Origin: an uncultured virus (IMG/VR IMGVR_UViG_3300050821_012144)
Lineage: Duplodnaviria > Heunggongvirae > Uroviricota > Caudoviricetes
Direction: 5' to 3' (one strand)
Virus record (IMG/VR): IMGVR_UViG_3300050821_012144
Length of the DNA stretch: 20,000 bases
Below the pieces are notes generated by a model. The model was not told the DNA's origin, searched no databases, and saw nothing but the letters and a program-made list of their open reading frames with translations. Numbering within the stretch: position 1 is the first letter of the stretch; each line of letters begins with the position of its first letter. Below are positions 1 through 7,534 of this stretch, in pieces. The position numbers were made by a program, and so were the translations under genes.

Positions 1-255
1 GCTTACGTTCCAGCTGTAGTATACCTGCCTGACGGCTCCACGCAGTCAGTCCGTGAAGGAAAGAATCTGATCGGACTAGATTTTCTTAGAGGAACTAAGG
101 CTGTAATAGACTTCAAACGCAGAAGAGGCGATGAGTTACTTCAGGGCATCCCAGACCCACGTGAGATTACTAGCTTTCGTCCAATGACTAAACGTGAACG
201 GGCACAGGTGGCGCACATACGATGCCGCGTACCTGTAAGAAAGAAACGTCGTTAA
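1..255 (+). CDS. 5'-truncated ORF with BrnT-like toxin C-terminus
   Basis: Frame +1 is open from base 1 to TAA at 253-255 (AYVPAVV...REITSFRPMTKRERAQVAH...KKRR). ITSFRPMTKRER resembles the BrnT C-terminal IISARxAxxxER motif. The stop overlaps the next ATG (TAATG). Confidence 0.55.
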   Translation, partial: AYVPAVVYLPDGSTQSVREGKNLIGLDFLRGTKAVIDFKRRRGDELLQGIPDPREITSFRPMTKRERAQVAHIRCRVPVRKKRR

Positions 256-413
256 TGCCGCGTAAGAAAGATTTAGGGCTTATTCTTATCAATCTAAGGT
301 TACGAAAGAAGGACGTAGCGCAGGCTAAGCGTCTAGCTAAGGAACGTAATATACCTTATCAGCATGTTATCCGCACATGGGTAGCAAGTGCAGCTGAAGG
401 TGCACGGCCATAA
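255..413 (+). CDS. CopG/BrnA-like ribbon-helix-helix protein (antitoxin/repressor-like)
   Basis: MPRKKDLGLILINLRLRKKDVAQAKRLAKERNIPYQHVIRTWV. INLRL...AKExxIPYQxxI matches the CopG-antitoxin RHH pattern. ATG 255 preferred over 222 because of TAATG coupling. Confidence 0.7.
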   Translation: MPRKKDLGLILINLRLRKKDVAQAKRLAKERNIPYQHVIRTWVASAAEGARP

Positions 414-416
414 CAT

Positions 417-695
417 ATGCGCGAGACAATCCTAACCGACGACGAGGGCACTCGGTATTGCTACGAGAATATTAAGACACAAGGTTGGCTTGACGGCCAC
501 ACTAGCGGGTTGGACGCTGCTGTAAATTTTCTTAAAGATCGTGCTGTTGAACTGTTCAAGGCCGGCAAAGACTCTGAAGCGACTCAGTTACGTAAGCTGG
601 CTGACGAAATGCAGTGTAAGCTTGAGCCTAATATGAAGGCACGTGCACGTAGGCATGAAGATGAATTTCCGGCTATTGTTCTTCCAGAAGAATAA
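417..695 (+). CDS. hypothetical protein
   Basis: 92 aa ORF tightly packed between neighbours, helical composition. Confidence 0.75.
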   Translation: MRETILTDDEGTRYCYENIKTQGWLDGHTSGLDAAVNFLKDRAVELFKAGKDSEATQLRKLADEMQCKLEPNMKARARRHEDEFPAIVLPEE

Positions 696-697
696 AT

Positions 698-892
698 ATG
701 TACGGTGAGCAAAATCTAATTCGTGCCGGGTACGCCTGGCACGTTTTTGCCTATTTCTCGTGTAATTCTAGTGGTGTGCGTATAGCTGTACGTAAGACTG
801 AGCAAGGCGCCGTGCGATATGGACTAGCATTCGCTAGGCGTAACAACGTCCAAGTTGCTTGGAGTCTAAAGCATACTCCAGGCACGGAATAA
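698..892 (+). CDS. hypothetical protein
   Basis: 64 aa ORF starting 2 nt after the previous stop. Confidence 0.6.
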   Translation: MYGEQNLIRAGYAWHVFAYFSCNSSGVRIAVRKTEQGAVRYGLAFARRNNVQVAWSLKHTPGTE

Positions 893-911
893 GTCGCCTA
901 GGTAGTTCGTT
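885..911 (+). promoter_or_regulatory. putative ECF-sigma-type promoter CGGAAT-N17-CGTT
   Basis: CGGAAT 885-890, 17 nt spacer, CGTT 908-911, ATG 8 nt downstream at 920. Same architecture recurs at four other gene gaps. Confidence 0.6.
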
Positions 912-919
912 TGATATTT

Positions 920-1225
920 ATGTTGAACAAAATCGCAATCGCAATCGTCCTCTTCTCTTCTACGGGCTGCCTCATTTACGAGGACTCAAACAGCTCAAAC
1001 GGATCTGGTTCGGGATCAGACGGTTCAGGCAGCCAAACCGCTACCCTGCCTAACGTCGTGCCGACTACCAAGATCTCGTGTTACATTGGTTCGGGCTCGG
1101 ATAGTACCTGGGTCCCTCAGGAAGGTTCCATCGGTACTGGTGAGTGGGGCCTGGATCTGTCCGCGAGTTGTATCGCCGCTGGAGCGCATCTGCTTGTTGA
1201 GGTCGGTACGCTGCCGGTTGAGTAA
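920..1225 (+). CDS. putative lipoprotein with Gly/Ser linker
   Basis: MLNKIAIAIVLFSSTGC: basic residue, hydrophobic stretch and lipobox-like STGC, then a SNSSNGSGSGSDGSGS linker and a small domain with two more Cys. Confidence 0.7.
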   Translation: MLNKIAIAIVLFSSTGCLIYEDSNSSNGSGSGSDGSGSQTATLPNVVPTTKISCYIGSGSDSTWVPQEGSIGTGEWGLDLSASCIAAGAHLLVEVGTLPVE

Positions 1226-1228
1226 TCA

Positions 1229-1435
1229 ATGTTGACCGCCGATACGATCACCGACGAGCAGATCCGTGAGCTATTGGAATTGCGCGCGATTAACCGCATT
1301 CAATTTCATAAAGCTACCAACGATATTGTAGGTTGGGTGGATACTGCATATCAAGACGAACGGCGAGCAGCCCGTGCACGTTGCGCTGAAATCTATAACT
1401 GCAAGATTAGAACGGCTGATTGGATCAAGAAATGA
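1229..1435 (+). CDS. hypothetical protein
   Basis: 68 aa (MLTADTITDEQIRELL...AARARCAEIYN), ATGA overlap with the next gene. Confidence 0.75.
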   Translation: MLTADTITDEQIRELLELRAINRIQFHKATNDIVGWVDTAYQDERRAARARCAEIYNCKIRTADWIKK

Positions 1436-2100
1436 AGTCTTTTCCCAGTCTCACGATCGCTGCCATAACATATACGTTTGTGCCTGCCTACGCAGAACAC
1501 ACATCGACCGCTGCTCAAGCTACGTTTGTTTATCTGAACCGAAACGGTCAAACTGTAGGGACTGGTGACGGTCACCAGGCTGGGACGCTACCTGCTTACG
1601 GCGGTTCAGAAGACGAATGGCATCAAATCGTAGCTTGTGTGCGTGATCGCTACGCCAACTTCAATGTAGATGTGCTCACTCGGCGACCGCCTGCAGCGGT
1701 TAAAGTACACTATGCAACAGTAATTGTAGGCGGCTGGGCTAGTGATGTAGGACTGTCAAACCGGGACTACAACGGTATCGCACCATACCACAAAGGACGA
1801 ATTGTACTCGATGGAACCGCTCTGGTTTTTTCCAAAGTCGGGCCTCATGGCGAGCATGACATCGAAAATGTTTGCTCCGCAATTGTCCACGAGAGCGCGC
1901 ACATGATCGGCGGATTGGACCACGAGCTTAAATGTGGGGACGTAATGGGTTACGCCACCAACAAGTGCGGTGCACGCGAGTTTGTCGACGAGGACGCACC
2001 ATGCGGTGAAACTGTAAAACGACGATGCGGTAATGGTCAGATGACCCAGAACTCGTATAGGTTACTGGGGAGCAAAGTTGGCTTCCGAAGTGGGTATTAG
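1432..2100 (+). CDS. secreted metzincin/matrixin-like zinc metallopeptidase
   Basis: Signal-peptide-like N-terminus ending AYA; HESAHMIGGLDH zinc motif (1888-1923); downstream Met-turn DVMGY; several Cys. Confidence 0.8.
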   Translation: MKSFPSLTIAAITYTFVPAYAEHTSTAAQATFVYLNRNGQTVGTGDGHQAGTLPAYGGSEDEWHQIVACVRDRYANFNVDVLTRRPPAAVKVHYATVIVGGWASDVGLSNRDYNGIAPYHKGRIVLDGTALVFSKVGPHGEHDIENVCSAIVHESAHMIGGLDHELKCGDVMGYATNKCGAREFVDEDAPCGETVKRRCGNGQMTQNSYRLLGSKVGFRSGY

Positions 2101-2290
2101 AAAGTTTGTGAATGCAATGTCGACTGATAAACTGCGAATGGCCATAGCACTTGCTACAACTCATGCAGAGCTTGCAAAGCTGGGCGCAAAGATTGTGTAT
2201 CTAGATGATACAGAGGCCAAACGAGTGCTCCTAGCAGTGCAATGGCTTAGAGCGACCGATCGAGTGCGTAGGTCTGTGAATGGACGCTGA
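2078..2290 (+). CDS. hypothetical protein (start may be ATG 2117)
   Basis: ORF fills the gap between coupled genes. Confidence 0.55.
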   Translation: MASEVGIRKFVNAMSTDKLRMAIALATTHAELAKLGAKIVYLDDTEAKRVLLAVQWLRATDRVRRSVNGR

Positions 2291-2544
2291 TACGCTTGAA
2301 GACGTGCGGCACGCTATCCGTGCTGTCGCTTCAGTGGGAAACTATGCACTCGCATACGATTTATCCATACGTGCAGGACTGTGGATCTGTTTGCATTGTG
2401 CCGCTGATCTCAAGCCTAAAGACTACTACCTGTCCGGGGAAGCGCTTTGCACTATGGGCATAAAATAGCGACGGCCGCGTCTGTTTTTCTTGTAGAACCA
2501 AGGTGGTTAAGACACCTGAAAACAGCTACCCGATCAGGTACTAG
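2280..2544 (+). CDS. paralog A, CxxC...CxxC protein interrupted by a +1 frameshift
   Basis: 0-frame 2280-2468 (LEDVRHAI...GNY...ICLHC) stops at TAG. The +1 frame 2464-2544 gives NSDGRVCFSCRTKVVKTPEN..., ending immediately before ATG 2545. Confidence 0.7.
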
Positions 2545-2866
2545 ATGGACGACCTTATGAACGACCTTGAAGATGTTCGACATGCCATACAGGCTGCTGC
2601 TGCAGCAGGTAATTATGTTCTAGCTGATAATCTAGCCATCGCGCATAACCTGTCTATCTGTTTACACTGCACTAAGGTTTTTATCCGCCCAACTCAAAAT
2701 GAGCGCCTGGTGTAGCTTATGGGATCTTGGAATCAATAGTTACGGGTATGTTTGCTGGTCTTGTGCTGCGTGTGTTGTGAGAACTCCTGAAAATCGCATC
2801 CTTGGTTTTGGTTTGGATAGCATCCTTGGTTTTGGTTTTGACTCTGCAAAATTTCCGGTCAAGTGA
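2545..2866 (+). CDS. paralog B, CxxC...CxxC protein interrupted by a +1 frameshift (not in ORF track)
   Basis: 0-frame 2545-2715 MDDLMNDLEDVRHAIQAAAAAGNYVLADNLAIAHNLSICLHC.... The +1 frame gives LGINSYGYVCWSCAACVVRTPEN... to TGA 2864-2866, overlapping the next gene's GTG. Confidence 0.7.
2796..2838. repeat. 19-bp direct repeat with 24-nt period
   Basis: gcatccttggttttggttt at 2796-2814 and 2820-2838. Confidence 0.9.
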
Positions 2867-4524
2867 TTATGCCTACTATGCACTTTCAAATTTCTGGCGC
2901 CGATCTAACTAATCTCGCCCGCCAACGCTTGCTAGAAGATGCTCCCGGTTCGGCTTGGCGCATCGCTAGTTGCCTTCTAAACGACGAAGGCGAAGGGGAA
3001 GACAAAGACAACGGCGTAGCTGACGCAGCACTGTCTATCCTGACTGGCACCAAGCGTCTCGTCGGCAACGAGTCAGGGATGAAGCTCGTCAAGGAGCCTG
3101 TAGCCACTACCAAATCCTTTCAGGAACAGGTCAATCATATCTACGCGGGCCGTATCCAAATCAACGGTAGATGGTATTGTCCGGTAGCCTACGTGAGCGA
3201 TATGGGCCCACGTGATATGCGAAACGATCACCAGAAGCCTGTAGTTCGCTATGGTTTTGGGCAGCGCGGCTACAAGAATCGCGCCTGGCATTACTGCAGC
3301 AAAGACGAAATCGTCGCCGAACATGCATCATATCCAGACCCAAGTGAAGACGGTTACGGCCTGGCGCGGGAGACGCTTTTTCGTGCCTGCAATGAACGGC
3401 CTCATTGGTTGACTCCACCGCGAGGCCCTCAAGAAGCCCTCGACGAATATTTGGTAGCTGGACACCGCCTTGAAGAGCGTAGCCATTCAAAATGGTACGG
3501 CACTACCTCCGAAGAAATTTGGTCGGATGATAACAGTAGCCGCGATGAGCAGGAGCAGGATCCGGTTGAGCAACCTGAGCGTGTTGCCAAAGCGATTTTC
3601 ATGAACGCTGAGCGCACTAAACGTGAACAGGATGCAATCAAGAAGGGCGACCTGTTACCAATGAATGCACGGCTCAAGGCCGAGCTTGAGCTAGCCAAAG
3701 AACTCGATGAACTTAACGAGCTTGATCACAAACTGGATTCCGACGAAGAGCTTTCGCATGAAATCGTCGATGAAGGTAACGCTCAGGAAGCCCAAGATCA
3801 AATTGACCTTGAGCGCGATGACCTGTACAAGCGTCGGTTAGTTGCATACCAGAAACAAATCCTGGAGCAAGCCAACGGTGACCTGTTTGACCTAACCTGG
3901 GAGGCGTCCAAGGGAGACGAACTAGATGCGGCCTGGGGCAGGGATCGCAATATTCCAGCAGGTAAAGTCCAGGTACCTCGTGCGCCCTTTTTACGGTGGG
4001 CATTTGCTAAAATGAAGATGTATGAAGATTTTCTTCTACCCTGGCAGAACGTATGCCCCTCGGGCATGAAAATGCCACTGGATAATCAAGATCATACAGA
4101 TTGGGTGGTTGGTGCGGGTCTTGATCCGGCTAATCGTGAATTAATGTACTATCCGAGTCCGCTCGCCGACGCTGCAATGAATAAAGTCTGCGACCTGCAG
4201 AATGAATTTCGTGAAGCTGGAAGAGGTATTACTGTCCTAGTTGACGGTCCGTGGGCATCCGGTCGAGTCGTACACGGCAAGCCGAATCTGCCCTCGGAGG
4301 AGGGCAGCGTGGTTGTCCTGCCCAACTTGCATCCCAAGTATTTGGTGTCGACCGCGCACGCTTGTGCGGTGATCACGGAGGAAGGTGGCGCTACCGCACA
4401 CTTGGCTCAAATCGGCCGCGAACGGTTACTCCCGATGGTACGTATTTCTGGGGCGCTAGAGAAATATACTGAAGGAGTTGAGGTTATAGTAGATACAGCA
4501 AATAGACAAGTGCAGGAAGTCTAA
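2863..4524 (+). CDS. large protein with C-terminal PEP-utilising enzyme mobile (phosphohistidine swivel) domain
   Basis: C-terminal ~100 aa ...ASGRV...VVVLPNLHP...AVITEEGGATAHLAQIGRERLLPMV...G.EV.VD, matching the GGxTxHxA motif. Acidic coiled-coil-like middle; unrecognised N-terminus. Confidence 0.8.
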   Translation: MIMPTMHFQISGADLTNLARQRLLEDAPGSAWRIASCLLNDEGEGEDKDNGVADAALSILTGTKRLVGNESGMKLVKEPVATTKSFQEQVNHIYAGRIQINGRWYCPVAYVSDMGPRDMRNDHQKPVVRYGFGQRGYKNRAWHYCSKDEIVAEHASYPDPSEDGYGLARETLFRACNERPHWLTPPRGPQEALDEYLVAGHRLEERSHSKWYGTTSEEIWSDDNSSRDEQEQDPVEQPERVAKAIFMNAERTKREQDAIKKGDLLPMNARLKAELELAKELDELNELDHKLDSDEELSHEIVDEGNAQEAQDQIDLERDDLYKRRLVAYQKQILEQANGDLFDLTWEASKGDELDAAWGRDRNIPAGKVQVPRAPFLRWAFAKMKMYEDFLLPWQNVCPSGMKMPLDNQDHTDWVVGAGLDPANRELMYYPSPLADAAMNKVCDLQNEFREAGRGITVLVDGPWASGRVVHGKPNLPSEEGSVVVLPNLHPKYLVSTAHACAVITEEGGATAHLAQIGRERLLPMVRISGALEKYTEGVEVIVDTANRQVQEV

Positions 4525-5237
4525 TGGGAATCGTAAGACTTAAGGACGTCGATTACGCAAAGCTCGAAAGTATGGTAGCCAAGATTTACCAAGAAACTCT
4601 TACTGCTGATCAAGCCGCTACTGCTGTAGAGCAACTAGTTAATTGGGATTACGAACGCATTCGATTTCTTGTAGCTGGTTTGAAGCGTCTTGCTGACCGT
4701 AAGCTCAGGATGAGTAGGAGTTCTAACCTGTTAGACGCACACACCGCAATTCCGTGCAAACTTCAACCGTATATGGTTCGTGCTGCAGCCCAACCGATGT
4801 GTATGTGGTTCGCTGACAAGCAAATTCGCGGTTTTTTCCAATTAACTTCAACGGAACAAGTTAATCGTCAGCGCAATCAGACTCTGGTCGAGACGATGAT
4901 TGATGGTCTGGTTCAAGCCGCTTGGAACGAGTACATAGGGGACAAACGAGGAGATCGGATTATGGGAGACGATCCAGAAGATGCTGTTAGGCCTATTATT
5001 TATGCTGGCTATGAATCATTTCCATCGAAAGTCAGATCTGTACGTATTGCCGTCAAGGAGGCGCTTCGTGCTGGTCTGACTCAACTGGACCTACATGAAT
5101 GCGGCATTGAAGCCTTCCCGGGTTACGAACAACTGCCATCGGACTATCGCCATGCCGCTCTAGCGGTCATGGACGCAGGCGAATATAAAAAGGCACGAGA
5201 AATTATTCTCGACGGCATCAAACTAGGCCAGCGATAA
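4524..5237 (+). CDS. hypothetical protein
   Basis: 237 aa, TAATG-coupled to the upstream gene. Confidence 0.8.
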   Translation: MGIVRLKDVDYAKLESMVAKIYQETLTADQAATAVEQLVNWDYERIRFLVAGLKRLADRKLRMSRSSNLLDAHTAIPCKLQPYMVRAAAQPMCMWFADKQIRGFFQLTSTEQVNRQRNQTLVETMIDGLVQAAWNEYIGDKRGDRIMGDDPEDAVRPIIYAGYESFPSKVRSVRIAVKEALRAGLTQLDLHECGIEAFPGYEQLPSDYRHAALAVMDAGEYKKAREIILDGIKLGQR

Positions 5238-6132
5238 ATATTTGGAGCTTGTGTTGTAGCCATTCGGGATCGTTCATCTCGGCTACGTTTATTCTAAGGA
5301 TCTTCCACCCTGCGTTGGCATAATCTGCTGTCTCGCTATCATGTTCTGCTGAAACATAAGAATCTAATAAGATCGCTGACTTTATGTTGTCTGTATGGAT
5401 GAAATCAGGATTTCGCCAATTTCGGCATCCATCTGGTGTTGGAATTCTGAACGATCCGTCTCCTGTATATCGGAACGGTATTCCCCAATTCTTGAACAGG
5501 ATTATTAAACGTTTCTCAAGTTCCGTCGGACGTGATGCATTGAAAACAACAGGAATACGCCCTTCAATCGCCGCCTTCGAATTCGCTGCTGATACCTTGG
5601 CTCGATGCTCAGGGTCCTCCCAGAGTTTCTTAAATCGCTTCGAAGTCACTTTCCGGGTCTCTGGCTTCCTTTGGAATTCTCCTGCTGCTATGCCGCCCAT
5701 ACTAGCTAAATCGGGGAACCGTTCACGCGCTGTTGCCATTCTTTTTCGAGACGTTTCACTTAGTTCTTCCGACGACATAGTGTCCCGCCAAGCTTGGAGG
5801 GAATTAATAGAGCGATCTCGTCGTTCTTGTTTCGTGGTTTTTCTTTCTAGCCTTTCATACAACTTCTTCCCGTGCGCAGCCCAGAACGCGGCCACTTCTG
5901 GATCGGACTTTATGCGTTCTCGTACTGTTGCCGACGACTTCCCTACTCTAGCCTTGGTTGCCTCAGGTGCTTCTGTTAGCATGCCCGGGAAACGTTCTCG
6001 GGCTTGTAACAAGGTCAAGCCGTGTGTATTTAGATGTCCTGTACTTATGCGCTTGAACGAACGGTCGCATACAGGGCATTTTACCTGCCACGCCGCGTCG
6101 GTTGTATCTGCCAAGGTCAAGACATTTAACAC
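5218..6132 (-). CDS. putative free-standing homing-endonuclease-like protein (C2H2 zinc finger, basic helical repeats, Vsr/DUF559-like domain)
   Basis: CPVC...HLNTHGLT zinc finger; NUMOD3-like segments (KKLWEDPEHRAKVS); C-terminal PTELEKRL...FRYTGDG...NPDFI...GWKILRI. Only credible minus-strand gene; exact start uncertain. Confidence 0.7.
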   Translation of the reverse strand: MLNVLTLADTTDAAWQVKCPVCDRSFKRISTGHLNTHGLTLLQARERFPGMLTEAPEATKARVGKSSATVRERIKSDPEVAAFWAAHGKKLYERLERKTTKQERRDRSINSLQAWRDTMSSEELSETSRKRMATARERFPDLASMGGIAAGEFQRKPETRKVTSKRFKKLWEDPEHRAKVSAANSKAAIEGRIPVVFNASRPTELEKRLIILFKNWGIPFRYTGDGSFRIPTPDGCRNWRNPDFIHTDNIKSAILLDSYVSAEHDSETADYANAGWKILRINVAEMNDPEWLQHKLQIFIAGLV

Positions 6133-6177
6133 ATTTTACTCCGACACGCAAGACTGTCCAAATTCTACAACTTACTC

Positions 6178-6207
6178 TTGACAAGTTTCACAGCTCTTCT
6201 CTAAGGT
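6178..6207 (+). promoter_or_regulatory. putative sigma70-like promoter TTGACA-N18-TAAGGT
   Basis: Perfect -35 in the divergent intergenic gap, 40 nt upstream of ATG 6218. Confidence 0.5.
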
Positions 6208-6217
6208 AAAGGTATCG

Positions 6218-7297
6218 ATGTTGAATTTCAAGCAAGCTAAGCAGGCGATTTCCGCCTGTGTTGACGCCAAGATTACAGTCCTATTGGTCGGTCCACCAGG
6301 AGTGGCCAAAACCGCATGTATTCGTGAAGTTGCAAGAGACTTCAAGTTGCCGTGCCATGAGTTGCTAGCTTCGAATTGTGATGTGACAGATATCGGCGGT
6401 ATGCCGTATATTGTTGACGGCGAATTTCGCCGCGCGCTTCTGCCTCAGATTCAAGCCTGTGTGGATAAGCCGGGAATACTTTTCTTGGATGAAATCACCA
6501 CATGTAGTGCCTCTGTGAGAGCCCCGTTGATGCGTTTGATGCTTGAAGGTTATGCGGGCGGACAACAGCTTCATAAGGATTCTGTTGTCGTGGCTGCTGC
6601 GAATCGCCCAGAGGAGTGTCCTGGTGGCATCGAGCTGGACGCAGCGACGGTCAACCGCGTTGTCCGTCTTGACGACTTTCAGCCTGATATCGACGAGATC
6701 ATGGGCTACTTCACCAACGCTCAGAAGTCTGGTACTCGTGTTTTCGACGAGTTCGTTGACTTTGCTGGTACGTTGTCAGTCAACAGTGACTTGCTCGACA
6801 TGAGCCCACCTAAGGCCTCTATCGATGGTGGGCTGCCCTTTGGAAGCCCTCGTGCTTGGGACCGCGGACTGCAGGCCTACGCGCATTATTGCGACAAGGC
6901 GGGCGTTGGCTACAACAACTCCAAAGAGGAAGACAGCATCGGGTATTCGATTCTTGCCGGTGCTGTCGGAGAGCACAAAGCGATTACTTTCTTCGGTATC
7001 CGCAAGCAACGCAAGTCGTTGCCGAGTGTCGAAGAGATCGCGACCGACCCAGCTAGCGCGAAGGTTCCCGAGGGCAAGGACAAGCAGATTGCTGCGGTCG
7101 GCTTGCTTGCTCGCGTCGCCGAGAAAGACAGTTATGCAGCCTGGATTTACGCTGACCGTCTGACGCCTGAGATTGGTGCTGCTTGTGCCCGTATGTTGGT
7201 CATGCGCAAGGACACCACGAAAACCTTGTTCTTTACCGTGGGCAAGAAGGCACAGATCAGGATGTTGGCTAAGACCAACAAGGGGATGACGAAATGA
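6218..7297 (+). CDS. MoxR-like AAA+ ATPase
   Basis: Walker A GPPGVAKT, Walker B ILFLDE, sensor AANRPE, ATVNRV Arg-finger region, SPRAW motif. Confidence 0.9.
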   Translation: MLNFKQAKQAISACVDAKITVLLVGPPGVAKTACIREVARDFKLPCHELLASNCDVTDIGGMPYIVDGEFRRALLPQIQACVDKPGILFLDEITTCSASVRAPLMRLMLEGYAGGQQLHKDSVVVAAANRPEECPGGIELDAATVNRVVRLDDFQPDIDEIMGYFTNAQKSGTRVFDEFVDFAGTLSVNSDLLDMSPPKASIDGGLPFGSPRAWDRGLQAYAHYCDKAGVGYNNSKEEDSIGYSILAGAVGEHKAITFFGIRKQRKSLPSVEEIATDPASAKVPEGKDKQIAAVGLLARVAEKDSYAAWIYADRLTPEIGAACARMLVMRKDTTKTLFFTVGKKAQIRMLAKTNKGMTK

Positions 7298-7530
7298 CTT
7301 GGGCCGAGTTGAAAGAGCGACTCGATGCGAACGGTGTCACTGTTGAACTAGCTAGGGATATTAGAACTGCGTTGAATAGGTATGAACCTGTGGCGTCGGA
7401 CGACAAGATATATGTTCTGGCCTCCATGAGCAAATACTTCCTAAAGACAGGTCTTTTGACGCTTAAGGAGATTCTAGCCTCCCCTAACCCTATCTGCCTG
7501 GCTTTCTGTACCGATAAACCGGTATCATAA
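7294..7530 (+). CDS. hypothetical protein
   Basis: 78 aa, ATGA overlap with the ATPase, lies between the ATPase and vWA genes. Confidence 0.65.
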   Translation: MTWAELKERLDANGVTVELARDIRTALNRYEPVASDDKIYVLASMSKYFLKTGLLTLKEILASPNPICLAFCTDKPVS

Positions 7531-7534
7531 AATT

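Noticed and set aside
222..254. ORF-track start at 222 for the RHH protein
   Set aside because: Overlaps the upstream ORF by 34 nt; ATG 255 gives clean TAATG coupling.
2466..2715. TAG stop-codon reassignment as the explanation for the short paralogs
   Set aside because: In-frame read-through gives no homology between the copies (homology is in +1), and other genes end in TAG directly before the next gene (e.g. 13217, 15139).
2886..4472. Multiple short alternative-frame ORFs inside the 553-aa gene (likewise inside the ATPase and vWA genes)
   Set aside because: Nested in well-supported CDSs, with no motifs or initiation signals.
5384..6181. 265-aa + strand ORF
   Set aside because: Antisense shadow of the motif-bearing minus-strand gene 5218-6132; Ser/Phe/Arg-rich with no motifs.
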